Assembly: GCF_030144855.1 (NCBI RefSeq)
Contig: NC_082730.1
Location: forward strand, 13,702,001-13,766,000
Reading direction: 5' to 3'
Source of the DNA: Hypanus sabinus
Lineage: Eukaryota
DNA: 64,000 nt
How positions within the stretch are numbered: the first letter of the stretch is position 1; every line of letters begins with the position of its first letter. The notes under the pieces were generated by a model. The model was given only the letters and a program-made list of their open reading frames with translations, was not told the DNA's origin and made no database searches. Made by a program: the position numbers and the translations under genes. Positions 48,470-59,819 of the stretch are shown piece by piece.

Positions 48470-51400
48470 TTGCACAGGTGCGTGGACATCAGCAAGTTAG
48501 ACCAGCAGGAAGAATTTAAAAAGAGAGTGTTTTTTCTTCAGTGGTTTGATCGAGGCACAACTGCAGGCACGTGGATGCCAACAAGTTAGACTGATGGGAA
48601 GAATTTAAAAAGAAGACAGCAATATAGAGCGTGCGGTGTAGAGGGAGTCAGAGTAGGAGGGCTTTGGCTCAATGGGGCATCAGAAATAGTCGGTTGAGAG
48701 GAGGTAAGTTACTTGTGAAGAATATGAATAGGAAGGATGTCTGTGAGGCCAGTGTTCTGTCCTGAGTGTCAGATGTGGGATGACTCCCAGCCTCCCGGAT
48801 GGCCACATCTGCACCAGGTACATCCAGCTGCAGCTCCTTAGGGACTGGATTTGGGAACTGGAGATGCAGCTCAATGATCTTTGTCTGGTCAGGGAAAGTG
48901 AGGAGGTGATAAAGAGGAGCGATAGGCAAATAGAAACACCGGGGCCTCAGGAGACAGATAAATGGGTTACAGTCAGGAGTGGGAAGTGCAAGAGTACCCC
49001 TGTGCCTGTCCCTCATAACACTAAGTACTCTTGTTTGAGTACTGTTGGGGGAAGCAACAGTGGCCGTGCCTCTGGCACAGAGTCTGGCCCTGTGACACAG
49101 AAGGCTAGGGAAAGGAAGAGGATGGCATCAGTGATAGAGGACTGTACTTTTAGGGGAGCAGACAGGCGATTCTGTGGATGCAGGAAAGATACACGGATGG
49201 TAGTTTACCTCCCAGGTGCCAGGGTCCAGGATGTTTCTGATCGTGTACACGATATCCTGAAGTGGGAAGGTGAACAGCCAGAGGTCGTGGTACATATTGG
49301 TACCAATGATGTAGGTAGTAAAAGGGAGGAGGTACTGAAAACAGACTACAGAGACTTAGGAAAGAAACTGAAAAGCAGGACCTCAAAGGTAGTCATCTTG
49401 GGATTACTGCCTGTGCCATGCGACAGTGAGTATAGGAATAGAGTGAGGTGGAAGATAAATGTGTGGCTGAGGGACTGGAGCGGGGACACAGATTCCAATT
49501 TCTGGATCATTGGGACCTCTTTTGGAGCAGGCGTGACCAGTACAAAAAGGACAGGTTGCACCTGAATTCGAGGGGGATCAATATCCTGACAGGGAGGTTT
49601 GCTGGGGCTGTTAGGGAGAGTTTAAACCCAAATTGCTGGGGGTGGGAACCGAACTGAAGAGATGGAGGAAGGGGAGGCTGGTTCACAACTAGAGAAAGCT
49701 GGTAGGCAGTTTGAGAGGGAGGATAAGCAGGTGATAGAGAAGGGATGCACTCAGACTGATGGTTTGAGATGTGTCTATTTTAATACAAGGAGTATAATGA
49801 ACAAAGAAGATGAGCTTAGAGCATTGATCAATACTTGGAGCTATGAGGTTGTGGCCATTGCACAGACTTCAACGGCTCAGGGGCAGGAATGGCTACTTAG
49901 AGTGCCGAGCTTTAGATATTTCAGAAAGGACAGGGAGGGAGGCAAAAGAGGTGGAAGTGTGGCACTGCTGATTGGAGATAGCGTCATGGTTGCAGAAGAG
50001 TAGGAGGTCATGGATGGATGGTCTACTGAGCTGCTGTGGGTGGAAGTTAGAAACTGGAAGAGGTCAATAACTGTATTGTGTGTTTTTTATAGACCACCCA
50101 ATAGTAACAGGGACATTGAGGAGTGGATAGGGAGACAGATTTTGGAACAGTGCAGTACTAACAGGGTGCCGTGGTGAGAGATTTTAATATTCACAATATT
50201 GATTGGCATTTCCCATGAGTGAGCATTTTAGATGGGGTGAAGTTTGTTAGGTGTGTTCAAGAAGGTTTCCTGACACAATATATAGATAAGTCCACAATGG
50301 GAGAGGCTGCACTTGATCTGGAATTCAGAAATGAACCTGGTCAGGTGTCAGATCTCTCAGAGGGAGAGCATTTTGGAGATTGGCATCACAATTCTATCTC
50401 CTTTTCCATAGCATTGGATAGGGATAGGATCAGACAAATTAGGAATGTGGTTAATTGGAGTAAGGGGAAATATGAAGCCATCAGGCTGAACTTGGAAGCA
50501 TAAATTGGTAGCAGATGTTCTCAGGGAAATGGACAGCAGAAATGTGGCAAATGTTCAGGGGATATTTGCGTGGCATTCTGCACCGATATGTTCCAATAAG
50601 ACAGGGAAAGGATGGTAGAGTACAGGAACTGTGGTGTACAAAGGCAGTTGAAAATCTAGCCAAGAAGAAAAGAAAAGCTTACAGAAGGTTCAAAAATCTA
50701 GGTAGTGATAAAGATCTAGAAAATTATAAGGCCAGCAGGAAGGAGCTAAGAATGAACTTAGGAGAGCCAGAAGGGGCCATTGGTGACCTGAATTAAGGAA
50801 AACCCCAAGTATCTGAAGAGCAAGAGGATAAGACATGAGAGAATTAGACCAATCAAGTGTGACAGTGGAAATGTGTGCATGAAACCAGAGAAGGCTGCGG
50901 TGTTAATTAATGAATACTTTGTTTCAGTATTCACTATGCTATATTTCTTCTCTATTCTTGGTTGGTGCAACTGTAACAAAACCCAATTTCCCTCGGGAAC
51001 AATAAAGTATGTCTGTCTGTCTGTAAAAGGACTTGGCGATTGTATTGATGACTTACAGAGGACTGAAAAGCTTAAGCATATGGACATTAAGGAAGAGAAT
51101 GTGCTGGAACTTTTGAAAAGCACCAAGTTGGATAAGCCACCTGGACTGGACGAGATATAACCCAGGCTACCGTGGGAAGCGAGGGAGGACATTGCTGAGC
51201 CTCTGGCAATGATCTTTGCATCAGTAATGGGGACGGGAGAGTTCTGGAAGATTGGAGGGTTGCAGATGTTGTTCCCCTAATCATGAAAGGAAGTAGAGAT
51301 AGCCCAGGAAATCATAGACCGGTGAGTCTTACTTCAGTGATTGGTAAATTGATTGAAAAGATCCTGAGAGTCAAGATTTATGATCATTTGGATAGGCATA

Positions 51401-54005
51401 ATATGATTAGGAATAGTTAGAATGACTTTCTCAAAGGCAGGTTGTGCCTTACGAGCCTAATTGAATTTTATGAGGATATGACTAAAGACATTGATGAAGG
51501 AAGAGCAGTAGTTGTAGATTATATGGATTTCAGCAAGTTATTTGATAAGGTACCCCATGCAAGGCTTATTGAGAAAGTAAGGAGTAATGGGATCCAAGGG
51601 GACCTCGCTTTGTGGGTCTAGAGCTGGATTGCCCACAGAAGGCAAAGTGTGGTTTTAGACAGGTCATATTCTGCATGGAGTTTTTGTGACCAGTGGTGTG
51701 TCTCAGGGATCTGTTCTGGGATCCCTTCTGTTCATGATTTTTTAAATGACCTGGATGAGGAAGTGAGAGATGGGTTAGTAAATTTACTGATGAAACAAAG
51801 GGTGTTGTGGATAGTGTGCAGTGCTGTCAGAGGTTACAGTGGGACATCAATAGGATGCAAAATTGGGCTCAGACTTGGCAGATGGAGTTCAACCCAGATA
51901 AGTGTGAGGTGGCTTATTTTGGTAGGTCAAATATGATAGCAGAATATAGTATTAATGTAAGACTCTTGGCAGTGTGGAGTATCTGAGGGATCTTAGTGTC
52001 CAAGTCCATAGGACACTCAAAAGAAAATTATAAATTCTGCTAATAGAATCTCTCACTAAAGGATTCAACTTCAAAATGGCATCCAACAAATCAGATTCTC
52101 GAAAATATGGAAACTTAGATAAATACTGTTGTAAAAAACGTTTAACCTGAAGATATTGCAGAAAATGTGTATGATCAAGAGAATAGTTGTTAAATTAACT
52201 CTTCAAAAGTCATCAATCGACCATCACAACATAAATCTGTAAAAGAACGGATCCCTTTATTTCTCCATAGGAGAAAAATAGGATCAGTTATTGAAATAAA
52301 AAGTTTCAATATAAAAGACGAGACAACTTAAATTGTTTAAAATTTAAAATATTGCGAAACTGAAACCAAATCCATAAGGACTGTTTAAAAACAGGGTAAA
52401 GATTTAAATTTGGAATTTTAGAGAGTTGTAGAGGTAATGGAGCTCCTAATATTGAAGTTAAATTAAGTTATTTAACAGCTTTTAGCTCCAAATCAACTCA
52501 TAGAGGTTTTTGGCTCTTGTCTAGCCAATATAGCCAAAAACATAATTGTCTAATATTAACAGCCCAGTAATAGAGTCTTAAATTAGGAAGTGCAAGTCCA
52601 CCATCTTTTTTAGATTTTTGTAAATGATACTTATTAATTCTTGGTCTTTTATTGTTCCAAATAAAGGAAGAAATAAGAGACTGAGTTGATCAAAAAAAAT
52701 TAGTTAAAAAGATAGGTATATTTTGGAAAATATATAAAAATCTAGGTAAAATCATCATTTTCACGACATGGATATGGCCTATTAAAGAGAGAGTAATTGG
52801 ATTCCATCTAGAAAATCATTGTTTCATGGACTCCATTAAAGGAACTATATTAGCTTCATAAAGATCTTCATATTTTTTAGTAATTATAATACCTAAATAT
52901 TTAGAAGCATTAGCAATTCTAAAAGGAATATCATTATATATAAAAACAGGGGCATTTAATGGGAACAATTCACTTTCATTCAAGTTAAGTTCATATACTG
53001 AACATTTACCGAAGTTTTTTAGTGTTTCCAAAAGATTAGGAATTGATTCCTCAGGATTTGAAATAAACACCAAAAGATCTTCTGCATAAAGAGAAATCTT
53101 ATGCATGGCTCCATTCATAGAGAAGTCATGAATATTTTTGGCTTCATGTGTTGTTATAGCCAAAGGCTCCAAAACAAGATTAAATAATAAAGGACTTAAT
53201 GAACATCTCTGTCTAGTACCACAAGAAAGCAATAAAAAGACCAGAAATTATTAGTAATAACCCTGGCAATGTGATTATTATAAATCATTTGAATCCACCT
53301 ATTAAAATTATTACCAAAACCATTGGATACTCAAAGTTGCTGCGCAGTTTGACTCTGTGATTAAGAAGGCATACGATGTGTTGGCCTTCATCAACCGTGG
53401 GACTGAGTTCAAGAGCTGAGAGATAATGTTACAGCTATATAGGACCCTGGTCAGACACCACTTGGAGTACTTTGCTCAGTTCTGGTCACCTCACTACTGG
53501 AAGCATGTGGAAATTATAGAGAAGGGTCACAAGAGATTTACAAAGATTGTACCTGGATTGGTGAGCATGTCTTATGAGAGTAGGTTGAGTGAACTCATCC
53601 TTTTCTCCTTGGAGTGGCGTAAGATGAGCGGTGACCTGATAGTGGTGTATAAGATGAGTAGAGGCATTGATCGTGTGGATAGTCAGATGCATTTTCCCAG
53701 GGCTGAAGTGACAAACACAAGAGGACACAGTTTGAAAGTGCTTGGAAGCAGGAACAGAGGAGATGTCAGGGTTAAGTTTTTTTAAGCCCAGAGTGGTGGG
53801 TGCAGGGAATGGGCTGCCAGCGACAATGGTGGAGGCAGATACACTAGGGTGCTTTAAAAGACTCCTGGATACATACATGAAGCTTAGAAGAATATAGGGC
53901 TATGGTTAACCCTGGGTTATTTCTCAAGTAAGTACATATTCAGCACAGCTTTGTGGGCCAAAGGGCCTGTATTGTGTTGTAGGATTTTCTAGGTTTTCTA
54001 TGTTC
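48470..54005 (+). mobile_element. Near full-length decayed CR1 (5' UTR, ORF1 with Cys/His region and SGNH esterase, endonuclease, RT, 3' tail)
   Basis: ORF 48780-49565 (GHICTRY...LPGARVQDV...VHIGTND), endonuclease and RT motifs, tail ttctatgttctat. Interrupted by a Rex1 tail (~50934-51023) and an L1 fragment (52022-53319). Confidence 0.92.
52022..53319 (-). mobile_element. Internal L1/Tx1 ORF2 fragment inserted into CR1
   Basis: GTRQRCSLSPLLFNLVLEPLA...ISLYAEDLL RT motif. Flanked by CCATAGGACACTCAAA (52006-52021) and CCATTGGATACTCAAA (53320-53335). Confidence 0.85.
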
Positions 54006-54196
54006 TATCTTTGTTCTCAGGCCTGACGCCTGACAAGAAAACCAGGAATACTCAGTTTCCAACACATGATTTCATTGCAGTTAATCATCTCAAATGTGTT
54101 TAACACCAGTTAAAGGGAAACAAATTTCCCTCCCAACTGGCTCTATTTGGAAGGAGCAGCAGTGAAACCAGCCTTAGATAGAAACTTATACTTTAC

Positions 54197-54275
54197 ATTT
54201 TATTTGATGAAGATTGTTCTCCTTTTGCAGTTGTCATAGTTTCTGTCACAGTATTTTCAGAGAAATGAATTGGCT
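54197..54275 (-). CDS. Gene 2 candidate Thr/Ser-rich stalk exon (EPIHFSENTVTETMTTAKGEQSSSNK-M)
   Basis: Strong acceptor ttttcttttctttacacag, donor gtaaag, 79 nt, phase 1 to 2. Fits between the C2 and TM exons. Confidence 0.55.
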
Positions 54276-54760
54276 CTGTGTAAAGAAAAGAAAATCCAAT
54301 TTTATCTGCCTTGTATTTGCAAAAACAAGAGAGCAAGATTGTTAGACCAATAGGAATTGATCATGGTGATCATGATCAATGTTTGCCAACAGTGGTGGGA
54401 ATTGGACCCCGATCACTGATCACAGAGTAATAATGTTATGCTAATTGTGCACCCAATTACATTTACATTTGCATTCTTTCCCATATTTAGGCACTGGAGG
54501 TGTGAAGATACTGCTGGGGAAGTGAAAGGACTTGGAATGAGGGAACTGTAATCCTATTTAAGCATGTGTAATCATAAGGGAAAGGTCCACCATCAAGCAT
54601 GACTTTCAAAAGAAATTTGTGAATCTATTAAATCCCAGGAAATGTGTCATGTTCAGTTAAAGCAGCAAAGCTTAGTATTAGAAGTAGTTTAGAATTTAAA
54701 ACAAAATAATCGATTAAAACATTGAAAATATAGAACATGAGCAATTTTGAAGGAATTATA

Positions 54761-55415
54761 TGTAATGCCCGGGATCATATTTTTACTGTTACTGTTTGTA
54801 TTTCAGTTTCTGCTGTTCTGTGGGAGCTGCTTCTTTTCAGCTTATATTTAGGTTATTGTTGAAGATAAGAGATGAGGTGAAACCTGTGCCATCCAATTAG
54901 GATGGTCGTGTTGAAAGGGAGGTTTATCTGGTGAGGGACACTAAGGTTGTGCTTGGGGCTTTTTTTGTTGGAGAGGAGATGAGGAGGGAAGACGCTGGGG
55001 AGAACCGGTCATAGCGTATGATCCGGTGGGAGACTGTTCGAGATGGATTGCGAGTGACATTTGGAAGCTGGTGTGTGTTTTCACGTTGACCGAGGGCCCA
55101 GCGTGTGAGTGAAGGTGAAGTACAAGATGAGCTCCAACTTGTACACATCTGACTGTTTAATTAGAATGGGCCCTTTTGTTTTAATTAGTCTTCACTAACT
55201 CTTCAGTTAAGATTCATAAATATAATTCCTTTAATCGTATGCAGTGTACTGTCTGTTATTTCATGGCGTTAATTTGTAACAGGGTAGCAAATGACACAGA
55301 ATCCACACAAACCGGTGTTTGTGGTGGGATCGAGGGCACCTCAATCTCATGATTTTGCCGGGGCCGGAGGTTGTCTTTCCAAGATTTATGCAGCCAAGGA
55401 AACCAGGGTGTTTCA
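54761..55415 (+). mobile_element. Solo LTR (~655 bp)
   Basis: Termini TGTAATGCCC and GGGTGTTTCA. Flanks TATA/TATT form a 4-bp TSD with 1 mismatch. Strand assignment tentative. Confidence 0.65.
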
Positions 55416-55729
55416 TATTTACCTCCCTGAAAACTTAAGTTGCTATGTGAGAGAGGATTAATTAAAACAAATGCAGGATATCTAACAGACAGAAATGGAG
55501 GAATTTATAATGGACACAAAAAAACACAAGACCAATTCAATACATTGATATTTTTTCCTTTTGTCCATTTTCACCACATTTCCTTTTACCAATGTCAGGC
55601 CAATTGTTCTATAATTTCCTCTTTTCTCTCTACCTCCTTTTTAAAATAGAATGGTTAGCCTCTCTCCAATTCATTGGAATTAAAAATAGCCAGCAGTGCA
55701 TCTATTATTTCTTGTGCCAATTCAAGTCA

Positions 55730-56270
55730 AGTCAAGTCAATTTTATTGTCATTTTGACCATAACTGCTTGTACAGTACATAGTAAAAATGAGACAATGTT
55801 TTTTCAGGACCGTGGTGTTACATGACACATTACAAAAACTAGGCTGAACTACGTAGAAAAAACATCACAGAAAAAGAAAAACACACAACAACGACACTAG
55901 ACTAGAGACCTACCCAGTACTGCATAAAGTGCACAAAACAGTGCAGGCATTACAATAAATAATAAACTGGACAAGGTGTCAGTCCAGGCGCTGGGTATTG
56001 AGGGGTCTGATACCTTGGGGGAAGAAACTGTTATATAGTCGGTTTGTGAGAGGCCAAATGCTTCGGTGCCTTTTCCCAGACAGCAGGAGGGAGAAGAGAT
56101 TGTATGAGGGGTGTGTGGGGTCCTTCATGATGCTGTTTGCTTTGGGATGCAGTGTGTAGTGTAAATGTCCGTGATGACAGGAGAGAGACCCTGATGATCT
56201 TCTCAGCTGACCTCACTATCTGCTGCTTGCGATCCGAGAGGGTGCAATTTCCGAACCAGGCAGTGAGGCA
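55730..56270 (-). mobile_element. Rex1/Babar LINE 3' fragment
   Basis: LSSCLTAWFGNCTLSDRK...QQIVRSAEKII motif and (caagt)n tail at ~55722-55740. Confidence 0.75.
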
Positions 56271-57779
56271 GCTGCTCAGGTTCCTTGTGTTCTCTGGGAT
56301 GTAGAGTATCACAACCTGGAGATTTATTGGTTTCAATCTCATCAGTTTTCCCATCACCATTCCGATATTATTGGTGAACACCGACAAACTCAGTGTTTTG
56401 CTGTGGTCAGGTCGCTTTCGGTGTGTGCTGCGTCTGTGAGGCTGAGTCAGGTGGCGCCGTGGAAGTCCATAGCGGGGGTATTCCCTAATGCCGCTGGCAT
56501 GGGATGGCGAGTCTGTCGGGACCCTGGGGACTTGTGGAAACTGTGTGGTGATTTCTTTTGAACTTATAGACCTTAAACATCTTTGGACTATTTTTACTGC
56601 ATCCATAGTTTTTTTTGTTTTATCAATTATGCTATTGTTTGCACTATTGTAACTATGTGGTTTTGTGCACGTCTTGTTGCTTTAGTTTTTGGTCTTGTTT
56701 GTCTGGTGGATTTGGAGCTCCTTTCCGGGGAACGGGCTAAGACGGTAGTGCGAAATTAATATGCAGCAGCCTCTCCGGACACTGGATTGGGTATTGCCAA
56801 ACATTATGTGGATTTTCTAGTGTAGTCTGTTTTGTCATATGCTTTTGTGACATCATTCTGGAGGAACGTTGTCTCATTTTTAACTGCATTGCATTGGTGG
56901 TTTCTAAATGACAATAAACTGAATCTGAATTTGAATCTGAATAATTGCTTACTATAACAGTTTGAATGATTTGCTTATTTCCTGCACATTGCATGTTTGA
57001 CAATCATTTTCTAATGGGTTTAATTGGGTTTCATTTTTTGTGGTTGCCTTTAAGGAGACAAATTTCAAGTCTGTATAATTTGATAATAAATATACTTTGA
57101 ACTTTGAACTTATTTCCAACTGATAAAGTCCCTGTAACATTACAGTTTTTCATGCTTGTTACTTTATTCAAATCTTCTCTCTGCAAGTCTGAATACAATT
57201 TGCATTCTTTACGTCCTGCTGCATCTGCATATTTACCTTCAGTGAAATATATACAAGGTCTCCCAAAGCTCATTATATTCCTCCCTTTTCTAGACTATAT
57301 CAATCCAGGTAATTATCTACATAGTTTTTATTGCCACTCTCTCAAAAATATTAATTGTTTTTGTCCAAGTAATTCTGATTTGCTGAATTTGGAAAATAGT
57401 AAGACCCAATTCAACTTATCCAGGCCCCCAGTGGTTTAGTGGTTGAGTGGTTCCAATTTAACCCTAACGTGTACAATAATGTTTCTGGCCTTGAAACGAC
57501 TCATTAGAGGATTCATTTGAGCTCAATCATTTTACACTTCTGCTTGGAGACTCAGTGAACTTGGATTCACAGATTTTAGAGGTCACATCTCACAATTCCA
57601 TCCACTAGGAAAAGATATGTTGGTTTCCAGGACACAGACTTTCACAATCCATGTGATTTCTGCGCATTTTATCAAGATACAACTGCTTTGATTTTATGAC
57701 TCAGCACATTTCCTATAAAATACAGAACAGATAATTGTTTATAAATTCAGGCAGATCAAATATGGACAAAAGTCTACAA

Positions 57780-58215
57780 GGAACACTGCCATGAGAAAGC
57801 AGCATCTATCATCAAGGACTGCGATCATCCAGGCCATGCTTTCTTCATGCTGCTGCCAGTGAGGAGGTGGTCTCACCCCACCAGGTTCAGAAACAGTTAT
57901 TACCCTTCAACCATCAGACTCCTGAACCAGCATGGATACCTTCACTCACTTCAACAGATTCCACAACCAGTGGACACTTTCAAGAACACTATAACTTATG
58001 TTCTCAATATTATTATTTTTTACTTATTAATAATTTGTTCCTTTTCTATTTGTAAAGTTTGTCTTCTTTTCAATATTGGTTGTTGATACATTTGACTGTA
58101 TGTAGTTTTTCATTGATTTTGTTTTATGAATTTGTATCGCCTCTGAATGTCTGCAAGAAAATGGATCTCAGGATAGTATAAAATGACAAATATTGGCTTT
58201 GACAATACATTTACT
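57780..58215 (+). mobile_element. Rex1/Babar LINE 3' fragment
   Basis: LLPVRRWSHPTRFRNSYYPSTIRLLN motif plus 3' UTR. Confidence 0.7.
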
Positions 58216-58347
58216 TTAAACTTCGCAGTAGATTATCTCAGAAGGACTATCTTAATTAATAGCCAGAAATATCACCAGCTGAGACCCATTCACACCCAGC
58301 ATATGGCAGCAGATCAGAGACAGGAGACCCTGTGGTGAGTGACTCAC

Positions 58348-58381
58348 GTTTGAACTGCCGTGCTGAAAGGCTTTTCATTCT
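58348..58381 (-). CDS. Gene 2 short stalk exon (ENEKPFSTAVQ-T)
   Basis: Acceptor ttgtcaccacctttcag, consensus donor AC|gtgagt, 34 nt, phase 1 to 2, 130 nt downstream of the C2 exon. Confidence 0.6.
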
Positions 58382-58510
58382 CTGAAAGGTGGTGACAACA
58401 TACACTCCATGCTCCTGAGTGAAGTTCCAACAACACAATATCCAGCACACATCAGTCATTCAGTTGTACTCCATCAACCATCATAAAGAATCAAACCCTG
58501 CACCACTTAC

Positions 58511-58831
58511 CCGTGCTGTTGACTTCAGTCACATTTCTGCAGGTGCTGACACTGTTGGAGATGGACATGTTGACCATTTGACTGGACTTTTCTCCTTGAT
58601 TATTTGAGGCTTTGCAATAATACAGATATTTTTTGTATTTTAAGGATTGACAATGTAGATCCAGTTTGTTGGTGTCAGAGATCTTTGAATCCCCAGATGG
58701 CGTCTTTTCATACCATGAGTACTGAATGGGAAGGGATCCATGGACAGACTCGCAGGACACAGACATGCAGTCCCCACAACTTAAGCCACTTGTTGATGGT
58801 GAAAATCGAACCAAAGGAACAGATGGGGGTT
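58511..58831 (-). CDS. Gene 2 C2/I-type Ig domain exon (EPPSVPLV...C...GSLPIQYSWY...YYCKASN...TCRNVTEVNST)
   Basis: Acceptor gattcttttccacag, donor G|gtaagt, 321 nt, phase 1 to 1. Same length as, and paralogous to, 8399-8719. Confidence 0.9.
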
Positions 58832-59049
58832 CTGTGGAAAAGAATCAGTGAACATCTGAAAATCAAACACTCTGAAGATTTCAGCAATTCTGTATCTCAA
58901 CCAGGACTGACCAGTTTGGAATCTGAGCAGCTCATCAACCTCTCTGAGTCTCTGAATCCTCGCAGCTGCCTGAACTGCCGAGTCTGCCATTATCCCAGAA
59001 CACAACATATCGATATGAAGCCAATAAGAAATCGTATGTGACTGGAGAA

Positions 59050-59510
59050 CTAGAAAGACCATAGGCCATAAGACAATAAGATATAGCAGTGGAATTAGGC
59101 CATTCAGTCCATTGAATCTGCTCCACCATTCAATCATGGCTGCTTTATTATCCCTCTTTATCTATTCTCCTGCCTTCTCTTTCTATCCTTTGATGCCCTG
59201 CAGAATCAACCTCTGCTTTAAATATACCCAATGATTTGGCCTCCACAGCTTGCTGTGGCAATGCATTCCACAGATTCACCAGCTTTTGGCGAAATAAATT
59301 CCCCCTCAATTCTCTGTTCAAGGACATCCGATACAGAGTCTTTGTCCTGTAGTCCTAGATTCTCGCACTGTAGGAAGCCTCCTCTCCACACCCACTGGGC
59401 TTTTCAATGCTCTATAGCTTTCCACAAGATCCTCCCTCATTCTTCTAAACACAAATGAGTACAGGCCCAGTGCCTTCAAATACTCCTGATGCATTAGGGA
59501 AGATTGACTT
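59050..59510 (-). mobile_element. CR1 3' end
   Basis: ccataagac..ataagatatagcag tail and CR1 C-terminal remnant. Confidence 0.7.
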
Positions 59511-59819
59511 CATGTTGAATATAATTTCCAGTTTTGATATACGGTCCAAAGACCTACCAGTTGGTAGGTTAATTGATCACTGTAAATTGTCTCATGATTA
59601 GGCTAGGGCTAAATCTGAGGATTGCTGTGTGGCAATGCTCAAAGGGCATAATCCACGGTATATCTCAATCAATCAATCAATAAAACATAGTTACCTGGAT
59701 TGGAGTGTATTAGCCATGGACAGAAGTAGGAAAAACTTGGATTCTTTTTGCTGGACTGTAGGAAGCTGAGGGGATTCCTGATAGAAGTTTATAAAATCAT
59801 AGAAGTCAGAGATAGGGAG

